DNA of 64,000 nt. Origin: Bugula neritina (taxonomy: Eukaryota; Animalia; Bryozoa). Both the position numbers and the translations under genes were made by a program. Where the stretch lies: assembly GCA_964035545.1 (NCBI GenBank), contig OZ037767.1:23824628-23888627 (forward strand), in the 5' to 3' direction. Positions 26,017 through 36,900 of the stretch are shown here, one piece after another; positions within the stretch are counted from its first letter, which is position 1, and each line of letters begins with the position of its first letter. The notes beneath the pieces were generated by a model that was not told where the DNA came from, ran no database searches, and saw only the letters and a list, made by a program, of their open reading frames with translations.

Positions 26017-29000
26017 CTAATATCCTCTTGAAAAACTGTCATACCACGGTAAGTTGGTAATATCAACATTTCCTCCACACACGATAACTCCCACTTTCTT
26101 AATGTCAGCAGGAAGTGAAGCCATCTTGTCTGTAAACAAAGCAGCAACAGCAGCACCGGCAGCAGCTTCTATTACTTGCTAATAAATAGATGGAACTTTG
26201 TTTTTAGTGTTTGATAATATTATTCTATCATAATATTGACACATTACATCCATATGTAGGTGCGTTTTAGTGTTTTGAAATAGTATTCTATTAATAATAA
26301 TATTTGCATGTAGTATATATGGTTTGTATACAGTTACTTCCCAACATATTACAAGAACTTACCTTCATTCTATGGAAAGTAAATTTCATTCCTTCAATCA
26401 TCTCCTCATCAGACTAAAATATTACAAACAGAACAATAAAAAGTGTGAAGGCTATGAGAATGTAGATTGATAATGGCTGCTACGACTGACACAAATGCTA
26501 CTTGTAACCTTTCTATATACTAGTGTAGATATGGTAGTTGATATACACTGCTGCACTATGTGTATAAACAATATGCGTTACTAATTCAAAGTGTTGTAAT
26601 TAAAGAATTTTAACAGCTGAATGGCTAGTATACCTAATGTTAAATAAAGCAAATTATGTTATTAAACACAAATGTCAAGCTAATAACAATGCTAGCACTT
26701 ATAGTTAATTATTTTTAGTAGCTAAAATATTCATTACAAACTGGCTGTCTTCCAAATTTCCTGAATCTTGATGCCAAGATTAAAAGGGAAACCCGCTTAC
26801 CAAGTGGGAAATCCCATCTTTTAGATGTTAACTCCCAACTTGAATATCAAATATACTCAATAAGTTCACAAGAATATTACTACTGGTACACAATATTTTG
26901 TTGGTGCCAGCTATAAGCCAGTGGCTAGCGTAGCTGACCTGTTAAATATTATCCTAAATTATTATAGATATATCCTAGATATATCCTGGTCACTATACAT
27001 TATTATTATAATCATTATATTATTATATTATTATAATACATTCGCATAATGCATGCAAATAGTTTTAATGACTGACCATTTCAAACACTTCTTTTTCTGC
27101 CAAGTCTTTCAAGATATTAAAAGTGTTGAAACCTGCCTGTTGCATCCTAATAGACTCAGCTATAGTGTCAAGAAATTGAGGAGGGTTGGGCCACTCCCTC
27201 TCTCCAGAGCGTAGACACTGCTCCATCATCTTGCCTGCAAAATATTTAAAAGTGAAAATAACATCACTAACTGAAAAGGCTAGAATAGTTGTTTTGTTAT
27301 AAAAAGTGCTATAGAGTTGAGTGGAAAAACCTGTGTGTGTTAATTGCAGTTGTAAACATGCATGTGAAAGTAATTTGGGAACAGAAACAGTGAAAAATGC
27401 GACAGATTCTAGTTTGAAATTGTTTTAGATCATATCATTGAATTAACGAACCAACCAACATTTTTAAGTGTGAATCTTACTTAGGCAGCGCAAATACGTA
27501 GTTTGGTGGTGTTCAGCTAATAAAAATTAACGTTAAACACTTAAATTGGAAATTTAAACACACACAGATTCAACTCAACACATATTTTAAAGAAGGTTCA
27601 TCTATTTGCAATTAAAGATTAAATTTCTTTCTTATATTTATGACCATTTGTTTGGATGGAGAGTCTCTATTGCTTGTAAACCCACAATGTTGTCAGTGAA
27701 CCGAACATCTGGGATCATGTTTACATTCTCTACTGCTCACCAGGTGGCGCTACTAAGTATATCCTGCAAGATGGTCTCAGCGATTTTATAGCAACTGCAA
27801 TACCAGAGGCTAAACCTCCACCACTCATAGCTATCAGTACAGCGTCCACATCTGGTACCTGCTCCAGTAGCTCCAGTCCAATTGTACCCTTCAAAAGACG
27901 CATTTTGAAGAATTGCAAAGTAAGCAAAACACTGTAATAATTCCCAATAATTATACTGTATGGTCCTTGGATTGGACTGAAGGTTATTTGCTAATATTGA
28001 AAACTAAAAATGACTGTCAAACACAAAACAATTTTTAATTTGCAAAATAAATCGGCACATATTTTATCTAAGTCAATTATTATCTGTAGTGTGTGAATAC
28101 TTCATACACACAGAACTTACCTGTCCAGCAATGACATCTAGATGATCATAAGGACTAATGAATACAGCACCTGTCTTAGCTCTCACTTTCTCCATTGCTT
28201 CAACTCTAAAGAAGACACTGACTTTATTGTAAACAGGATACACAGAATATTAGAAACTAAACCTGTTGAGCAGGTAGGTATTTCTACAGCAACAAAAGCT
28301 ATTACAGGACAATATAATATCCTATAATACCTTTTATAAATATTAATTAGTTAAATATTGAGAACACTAGTAGAACATCTACACCTTTTCAGGACCAAAA
28401 CATATAGCTTGAAAACTTTACAAATACTGGAAAACATTGCAAGAGAAAATGAATGCCAGTGCATAAAGCAGATAAAGTTATAAAATATTGAATATTATAA
28501 CAACTACTGCAAACCTGCTTGTTGGACTCGGATAACACTCTACCAACTTTGCTCCATACCCTTTTATGGCATCAGTTTTGCAGACAGGACTGCCTTTAGG
28601 CACGATAATAGTGCAGGGTAGACCTACGATTTGCGCTGCTCGGGCCAAGGCTTGTCCATGGTTACCACTGCTGTGAGTCACCTAAACCAGATAGAAGTTA
28701 GACACAAATGGCTCATGTCAGCAAGTCTTATAGTTGTACATATGCATGGCATACATGCTACTGTTTTATATTTCTTATATATTGGTAGGGGATTAAAACT
28801 CCAATTTTAAAAAATACAAATGGTGTTGAATTTCACAAGGTTTTCAAAGCAATGCTGTAAACTGCAATATCTGCACACTCAAACATCAATATTCAAGGAC
28901 ATTTAGTTATCAAAAAATTGAAACTCATTTCAAAAGTAGAAATCTGTTAAAATCGCAATAAAATATTTTATAAGAATAAGTCAAGTTTCTAGTGATTACA

Positions 29001-29646
29001 ACTTTGGAAGCAAAACATACAATAATAAAGGACAAAATTGTTAAAGGAAGTGAACTCAGCTGGTACATAAATGAGACATTCATTTTTTAAACGACAGTAT
29101 GTGAGGCCTTGAAAATAGATGCTTAGAATTCTAAAGCTTAATATGACATACCACTCCGGGATGAATACTCTGGACTTGACTTTGCTCCTTAATTTTTAGA
29201 ACCTAACAAAAACAACACAACATAATACGTTATGAAATACAAATCTCAGACTATTAAGTGCAACAAAGCTTATTTTGTAAAAAAACTCTCAATTAAAGAT
29301 TATTGTGTGTTTTTAAAGTCTTGCAGAAACTATTATCTGTTGACACTACTAAATAGTCTTTGTCATATTTTACCATCTTCACGTCAAGTGTGCACATTGC
29401 ATAAAACGACAATATAGTTTATACTGATCATACTGACACAAGTTACAAACTCACAGCATTTAGAGCTCCTCTGATCTTGAAAGCACCCGTAGACTGAAGA
29501 TGTTCTGCCTTGAAGTACACTTGTCTACCAGTCAGTCTATTTGCCTCGGAACATTGTAATACTGGTGTTAACTTAATAAATTCACTTATTCTTTCCCTGG
29601 CAGCCTTTACGTCTGCTAATCTTACTATACTCATGACAGCTTTCAT
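26017..29646 (-). CDS. SRR: Serine/aspartate racemase family enzyme, copy B (loop SPY, serine-racemase type)
   Basis: Eight exons: 29646-29455, 29202-29152, 28681-28515, 28205-28121, 27888-27741, 27234-27077, 26413-26363, 26178-26017. Intron positions and phases are the same as in copy A, exons 3-8 have identical lengths, and the PLP motifs are shared. Confidence 0.92.
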
Positions 29647-30104
29647 AGCTGTTCAACTCAGTTCCTACAGCTTCTCTCTGCCAGCTGTTATCCCTTCTAA
29701 TCGTGTTAGCTCTGTTATATTACTATAACTTGTAACCTAGTCTTCAGCTAGACTATGCTGACACCAGTCCTTGCAAAGTGATTAGTCAACTCAGCATACA
29801 GTAGTTAATATATGTTACTATTGTTATATAGTAATTCAATAGATTTATAGGCCTGTAGAAAGTTGACAGTTGGACAGCCCTCTAACTGCATTGTCAAACC
29901 AAGTAGCATTGATTCAATGTTGTTTTTCTCAAACAATGAACACAAAAGGCCTGTTAGCAAAATTAGGTACAGTAGGCTAATGGAGAAATTTTTATAGCCC
30001 AAGTTTCTATTTGCATATATCTGCAGCATTTTAATTTTTTATTCTAGCTAAAGTAGCAAAGAACTTCTAATAGGTAGCCTCAGTTTTGTGTTTATCTTCG
30101 CATA

Positions 30105-30212
30105 TTTTGGTTTGGGATGTGGATTGAGAATTTCAAGAGTATGCAACTTCTTTCCTATATATCTAATCTAGAACCCAGGTTTTCATAACCTCTCCATTAT
30201 CGGACCTATCTT
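30105..30212 (+). repeat. Dispersed ~110-bp repeat family copy
   Basis: ttttggtttgggatgtggattg...cttctttcc...tctagaacccaggttttc...tctccattatcggacctatc. Confidence 0.6.
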
Positions 30213-30514
30213 GAAGGTTGCTAGTTTTTCCAATGCACATCACCTTCCGAGTCGTTTAATTTTGATCAACTATATTAAACAAAACCTGAGTTACTAATTA
30301 ATCGGCATTTTCTTATTTCTAATAAACATTTCCACCTAACGAGTTTGAAAGCAGTGGTTGAAAAAATGATTTGCTAGAAACTTCTTACAAAAAATAAAAT
30401 TGCAACAGAAAATAGTATGCCAAAAATTTCATTATTGAAGATTTTATAATTGTCAAAGAGACAGCTTTTATGTCTGCCATGCAAAAGCATTTTACTGCCA
30501 TAAAGAAAATGTGA

Positions 30515-33500
30515 TTAGTGTTTATTTAACCAAGTCCTCAAAAATTGTTTAAACCGCAGAAGTTCAGCCTGAGTATTAGGATGGTCAAATTGCTTGGTCA
30601 GATATGTCTTGAGATCCTTTTCAGATGCAGTGAGAAACAACTTTTTCCTCTTCCTACAAGGCAACATACCACAAGTTTAGGGGAGGTTACAGATTTTAAG
30701 GCAGGCATTATGTAAGCCAGCATTAGATGAAGATCTCTGTAAACATCACTAAGTTATGTGTAGACAGCGAAAGCATCAGGAGATTGACAAACAAGTCAAC
30801 TTTATAAACACCAGGGGAGACAAGTCCATGCAATAAGGTAATCAATATGGTAATCTAACACAAAATATGGAACATCTTGGCTATATGCTAGTAAACAGTA
30901 CACCAGTAAATCAGAAGCTGATTTTAGTGCATGTATGCAATAGTTAAACTGCATTTTAGCTTGTTTCTAGCTGTTTTAGTGTATTTGTTAGGAAAGTTTG
31001 TACACTACAAACACTAAAGTGCTGTCCACTTGAGTGAAGTTTGCAAGAGATACATGGCTCAGAGCAGCTATACTAAGAGATGTACCTGTTGCTTAGATTG
31101 TCTTCAAACATGGCTTCCAGTGTCATTTGACTGCGTCTCCATGAAAAAATGTGAAGCTGCTGCTCATACCAGTCTAGAATGTTCATGAATGTTCTACATG
31201 AGAGACGCTCTACTTTACAGTCTTCTGGTATGAGGTCTGATAGGTAAATGGCTGAGAACAGCTCAGATGGCTTTACCTGAAGGGTATAGCAACTATTAAA
31301 GTAATAAAACTTGTAGTTGTTGCAATATCAAGTTTTGATTTTCCGATCCTAACCCTTCTTTACAACATCAAAACTAAAAGACTTAATTCAGTTTAAAGCA
31401 AAAAAAAATAATTTCAAAAATAATTGATTGCTTTCTACAATTTTCTAATTTTTATCTAGAAAGACTCATCATAGTTTATTGAAAGGCAACTTATTTCTAA
31501 CTACATTTCTAACATAATATCAATGTTCAACTTTACAAATCAAATGTATTTAACGTTTAATATACCTCGTCTGCAGTATTATGAGATGCTTTTGGTTCAT
31601 CAACTAACTTGTTGATTAGAAGGTTTTTCCAATCAGCATCCATTTGTGTCAAAGCCTGGTACGTCAGCCTTGATTTACCTTTATAATTATTGCAAGGCTA
31701 TTTTCTAAATATATCACAGTTGAAAGAACTATTTCTTGAAGTTATGCTACTCTCCTACACAGTGATATAGATTGTCAGTCTCAATGTTGTTGGTATTTAA
31801 AAATTCGCCAAGGTCAAAGTTCACCAATAGGCCTAATCATTTTAAAAATCAGATGCCCGGTAGTAACTATGAAATAATTATCCTGCACAATCAGCAACTA
31901 TTAAGTTCTTCAAAACACACCTCAAAGTTAAAGTCAAGTTTTAAGAAATGTTGAACTTCAACTTATGTGAATCAATTTTTCAAAAAAATGATTTAATCAT
32001 TGGGAAGTTAATAGAAATTTGCATTAATTATAAACACAAAGCCCAACCAACCTAGTTTTACATACAACATTTATTTGATAAACTTATTTAATGTAGGTAG
32101 TTAACAATCTTGAATATTATATATACATTAAATGAATAGGGAATTACCAAATTTTCTAACTCCGTACTGTTTAAGCTTATGTGCAGATAGCTCTGGGATA
32201 AGGGCATCACTGTCCACCACAGCCATATATGGGCGTTTGCTCTCAAGTGAGAGTTTAACTTCCTTCAACACTTGGCTGCTTCCATGGCAGTCCACAACGT
32301 TAATTGCAGTTTCTTGATCTAAAAGTTGCAACAAAGTTATATACTTAAATTAAGATACATTTTGTGATGTGAAGGAAATCCTTGAAACTATGTTTTTCTA
32401 ATAGAAAGAAAGCCTTGTGACCTTGACTTACAGTTGAAAATTTTAATTAAGTCAGGCATACAAGTTATATTATATATATTATAGTATACTGCACTAATAG
32501 TGAGACAAAATATATTATATAGTCCGCATGCTAGGTTAATACTTAGACATTATAACTAAAATATCAATTAGAAACCTGAGATGTTCAGCTCACCTTTGAG
32601 AAAAGTTTTCCTAGTCATGACTTTAGATACTGCCAAGACCTGCCAGCCACATGCTCCATATTGCAGTCAAAATAACTATCCACAGTGTCACTCGTTCAAA
32701 CACAACCAACCATTATATAACATATGCAACAAATATAATATACGCAGCATAAGGGAGCAGCTGTGGTCTAGGGGTTAGAACGTTTGCCTAGTAAGCACAA
32801 AGTCATGGGTTCGAACACAAACAAAGGCCATTGGTGATGTTAGGAAAAGCATTCAGTCATAATTGCTCCTGTGCCTCATCTGAATAAGTCCTTAGCCCGC
32901 TTTGACAAAAACCTCTTCCATCAGGGGTTCTCACGGGGATAGTGATGATAAACTAGTGTGAGCTTTTTTTTGTAATATATACAGCATAGGCTATAATACT
33001 ACATGTATATAACTCAATCTGTGCACAGCTGCTGTTTTAGGGTTTGTCCCCTCTTCAGCACAAAACCAAGTATTGTGACCCACACCTTTGCAAAAGAAGA
33101 AACGTATGTTTCTACTAAAGCAAATTCAAAAGGTGTGTAAATTCAAGCCAGAGAGCTCAAGTAATTCTAGGAATTACCAGCCATGCACAATATTTTACAC
33201 AAACAGTACACTAACAGGCAATAGATTCTGAGCTAAATTGCACTACCCAAGGTAGAGTGTAGACTATCCAATGGGCAATTGTATTTCTAATTCAACTGAA
33301 CATAATTTAATGATAGGAATATGAATTTTGAGTATTTGACTCAATAAAGACTGAGCTTACTTGGTGTTGCTGCTGAAGCCAACCAAGGTATTTGATGTGT
33401 TCAATTAGTATAGAAACAACTCTTGCATCAGATTTGCCTTCCACAAATAAAGGCACAAAATTATTACTCCTACAGATTCTTGTGTGAATTTTTCGAAAAG

Positions 33501-33833
33501 ATACCAACACATTAAGTGGTATAGAATGATAGGGGGAGTGCAGGAGAGATAGCATGGTGTATAGCTAGCACATAAAAATTACCAAAGGAATATATTTAGT
33601 TTCGGAAAGATTAATATTTCGGTATTTCTGACAAATTTACAAAACCTTTGTGATATGAAAGGTATTTTGAAGCAATGAGGCCAATGCATGTTTAGACAAA
33701 TAACTAGTTGATAAGTATTTTTAAGTACATGATAGTATATTTTAATAGAGCTTTTTAGCAAAACTGTATAAAGACAACAAAAAGCAATCACCACACATGA
33801 CTTCATTGAAGTGTTACAAAAATTATGTTTCAT
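30515..33833 (-). CDS. Divergent KsgA/Dim1-family protein, TFB1M/TFB2M-like (mitochondrial transcription factor B-like), about 360-410 aa
   Basis: Ten phase-compatible GT-AG exons: 33833 (or 33689)-33583, 33469-33361, 33232-33178, 33085-33003, 32639-32594, 32318-32148, 31832-31761, 31678-31566, 31276-31086, 30653-30515, with no internal stop. IPEDCKVERLSCRTFMNILDWY resembles recalled TFB1M [22 protein letters not shown], and NLYHCKSRLTYQAL resembles NVFQFRRKYCHRGL. The 5' end and the exon 4/5 junction are uncertain; the family call is by eye. Confidence 0.6.
32753..32971 (+). mobile_element. tRNA-derived SINE, best-preserved copy, in an intron of the TFB-like gene
   Basis: A-box-like TGGTCTAGGGGTT (32764), B-box GGTTCGAAC (32808-32816), central ggccattggtgatgttaggaaaagcattcagtc, 3' T-run. 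Two other copies lie in the window. Confidence 0.85.
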
Positions 33834-33895
33834 AGTTCAACGGCTTGCAGATCATCTGCCTGGTAGTTGTCCACCCTTGGAAACATTCTATACAT
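33830..33895 (-). other. 21-aa small ORF (MYRMFPRVDNYQADDLQAVEL) between the PHB2 stop and the TFB-like ORF
   Basis: The ATG lies 23 nt after the PHB2 TGA; its own TGA overlaps the downstream ATG (ctATGAaa). The ORF is plain in the sequence; whether it is translated is unknown. Confidence 0.4.
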
Positions 33896-33918
33896 TAGCA
33901 GTGTAAGACTGGCTCTCT

Positions 33919-36900
33919 TCACTTCTTCCTTTTCATGTCATCCACTGACTGATCAAACTCCTTCTCGTTGATATTCAGCATCAAGGTTGAGGCATTGAGG
34001 TACACTTTGTTCTGAGAGTTGGTTAACTACAATAAAATCATGAAAGATGAAAATGCGAGCACTACTCAAGTTACTTCTGGTGTAAAACCTGAGATTTATA
34101 AGTCTGTTGATTTTTTAGTCTGTTTCAGTTTATCCCCTCTTTCACTGGGATGATGAATAGAACTTGTCTCCAGATGAATTAATTAATCAGGGTTCCAGGT
34201 GAATCAAAGAGTTTGTTGCTATTATTTTCATTATTAATATTATAGCGGTGTATTGCTGATACCCACAGGCTGGCTTAAAGGACAAAGAAAATATAAAAAT
34301 TCTTGAGCCAATGAATTTGCTTCAGACAAACATTGCTTGACCGGCTAAACATCACATATACTGGAGTTGCCCGACCATCATACTTACATTGGAATTGTCT
34401 CACTCACCGTCTTAGCAATTTGCTGAGCAGCTCGTATCTTTCTCAGCTTCAAGTAGCCGGGGTTTTCTTTGACGGCCTCGCCTATCATCTTAGCAGCAGC
34501 AGCTTCTCCCTCAGCCTGCACGACTTTCTGCTGTTTCTCCTGCTTTGCTTTCTCCACAAAGAAATGAGCTCTTTGGGCCTCCTGCTGGGCCACCTGCTTA
34601 GCCTCCACAGCTGCAGTGTACTCCCGACCTGACGGATAGCAGTACAGAGCATATGAGTCAAGGGAGAGGACAACTACCAATTTGCAGAGTTATCCTCTGC
34701 CAACACAAAGTAGTACAGAGCTGACGTTTATCAGGACTTACCGAATGAAAGATCTGTGATAGAAACGTCATCCAGTATGATATTGAAGTCTTTAGCTCTG
34801 TTTACCAAATCTCTCCTGATGAGTAGAGAGACCTGCTGACGCTGCGTGATTAGTTGAGATGCATTGAACTTAGCAACTACTCCTTTAAGGACCTGCAAAA
34901 TAGGAACAGTAAAAAGCCTTTAAGGTTTTTTTAAACCTTTATAGAAAGTGAAATCTTTTTAATTAGCTGGGAATAATGGGATAGTTATGCATATGTACTT
35001 TTAAAGTTGTGATACTTAATTAAATTGCAATATAGTTTAAACCTTGAGAAAAACATTATAACTCAAGTTAACTCAACACCATAGACCGTAGCTGATTTCA
35101 AAAGTCATAAAACAAGTTATTCTTTTTGATTACCAATAAGGAAGCTTATTAAAGTCATAATAATCTAACCTAACTATGGACATGCAAAAGTTTTTTGCAA
35201 TAATTGAAGCATCTAATAGCCAGGCTGAATGGCCTTAAAATGGAGCATTTGCTAGGAGCAGCAGTGGTCTAGAGATTAAAGTATGGGCTTAGAGGTCATA
35301 TCCCTAGAAAAGGCCATTGGTGATGTTAGGAAGTGCATCTAGTCAAAAATGCTCCTGTGTCACATTTGAACAAGTCTTTACCTCGATTAAAAAAGAAACC
35401 TTTGCACCACGGGTTGTCGCAAGGATGGTGACTATAAACTCACTTATTTACTAGTGATACTTGCTAGCATAGCATACACACCTCATTAATAATTGAAGGC
35501 AAAACCCTGTCATCATAATCTGTACCAAGTTGCTGGTAGATATGAGGTAAGGCAGACTGATCTGGTCTAGCTAGCACTCTAAGTCCAATATTCACCATCT
35601 GCAAATCTAAAAACCAAAACATTGTGTACATAGACACGGGTGACAACAGTGGCAGCTTCAACACTAGAAACCTTTAATAGGCGGTGAGAAGAAATGCCTA
35701 CTAAAAATCACACTAGGCCCATGTTGACTTGAGAAAAAAACCGGTTGAACGAAACTAAAGAATAGCTTACCCTTGCTTCCTGTTGGAGAGACAATTTTCC
35801 TTGGTTTTGCACGAATGTCATATATAATAGGATACTGAAACCAAGGAACTCTAAAATTAGAAAATGTGTTTCTATGTAAAATGCTGAATTGATTTCAAAT
35901 TGGTCTAAATATGTCACGATAGCAACATTTCTACGCATATGCTTTGATATAATTTTTAACTTTAAGTTCATCAACTCAATTGCAGCTTTGCACAACAGCA
36001 AGAGTGCTATGAGCATGGGACAAACTCACAATGCTAAATTTGAAAATAACACATGTATACAGACCTAAAGTGAATGCCTTCCTTGTATATATCTTTCTGA
36101 ACACCAGATATCCTGTTAAACATAACAGCCCTGTGTCCACCCTCAACTGCAAATTTTAAAACAACACATGAGTTTAATCTAAACTCAGCTAAAAAAGTAG
36201 CCATGTTATAATTAAGGGGCCCTTTCATAGCTTTAGTTTAGTCTCTTGTGGCAAATTTTATTTTAAAAGTGCTTTATATCAACTTTATATCACTTTATTC
36301 CACTAATGCCTAAAACTTAAGACTAAGCTACAGAGTAAAACATTTTAGAACAATAACAATGTGAATGTTGGCATACTTATCATACTTATACTTATAGTGT
36401 TAGTTATACTAACACTAACAGTAACACTTACACTAGCAGGTAAAGTGGGTATGACTTAGGCTACGCAAAATTCAGAAACTAACCACATAACTGAATAATA
36501 ATAATAACAATAACCTGAAAGTGAATCACGTTAAACTTGATAATTATTTTTATTTACTAGCACATTTTTTATTTTCCCCTTTCACTTTCAGTTTCAAATG
36601 CTACGCCTACGGCTACAAGTAAAACTAACAGCAACTGATATCGATAATAATATTGTTATTATTATATTTATACATGTAATCAGAGTCACTAATAGTAATA
36701 GAAATCATAATGACAATGATAATTTTAAATCTAAATCATCACTGATAACTGTGTCTGTTGCCGTTGGTGTTAGACTTGAAGTTGAAGTGTTACTTCAATA
36801 CTTGCCTGTGTATACCGCTTGATAAATTGCGGCAGCAGCTGCACCTATAGCTCCAATTAAACCTACACCAACTCCTGCACCCTTTCCACCACGTGCTAAT

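Noticed and set aside
19950-29646. Bacterial origin or horizontal transfer of the PLP enzymes
   Set aside because: Each copy has seven shared spliceosomal introns, host-like composition and animal SerR/AspR-type motifs.
13399-29646. Sulfotransferase plus racemases as a biosynthetic gene cluster
   Set aside because: Only adjacency supports it; the genes are convergent and I know of no pathway linking them. Co-expression data would be needed.
32655-32680. In-frame TGA just upstream of a TFB-like exon as a selenocysteine codon
   Set aside because: Downstream acceptors explain the frame without it, and I could not identify a SECIS element.
32753-32825. tRNA gene
   Set aside because: A and B boxes are present but there is no convincing acceptor stem, and the sequence continues into a body shared with two other copies, so it is a SINE head.
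34320-34385. C/D-like boxes (ATGATGG...CTGA) in PHB2 intron 6
   Set aside because: Imperfect C box, no terminal stem, very close to the donor, and no recognisable guide.
34333-34673. Antisense and alternative-frame ORFs over PHB2 exon 6 (similar ones overlie DAXX and FUBP exons)
   Set aside because: Shadows of GC-richer coding exons with no independent splice or motif support.
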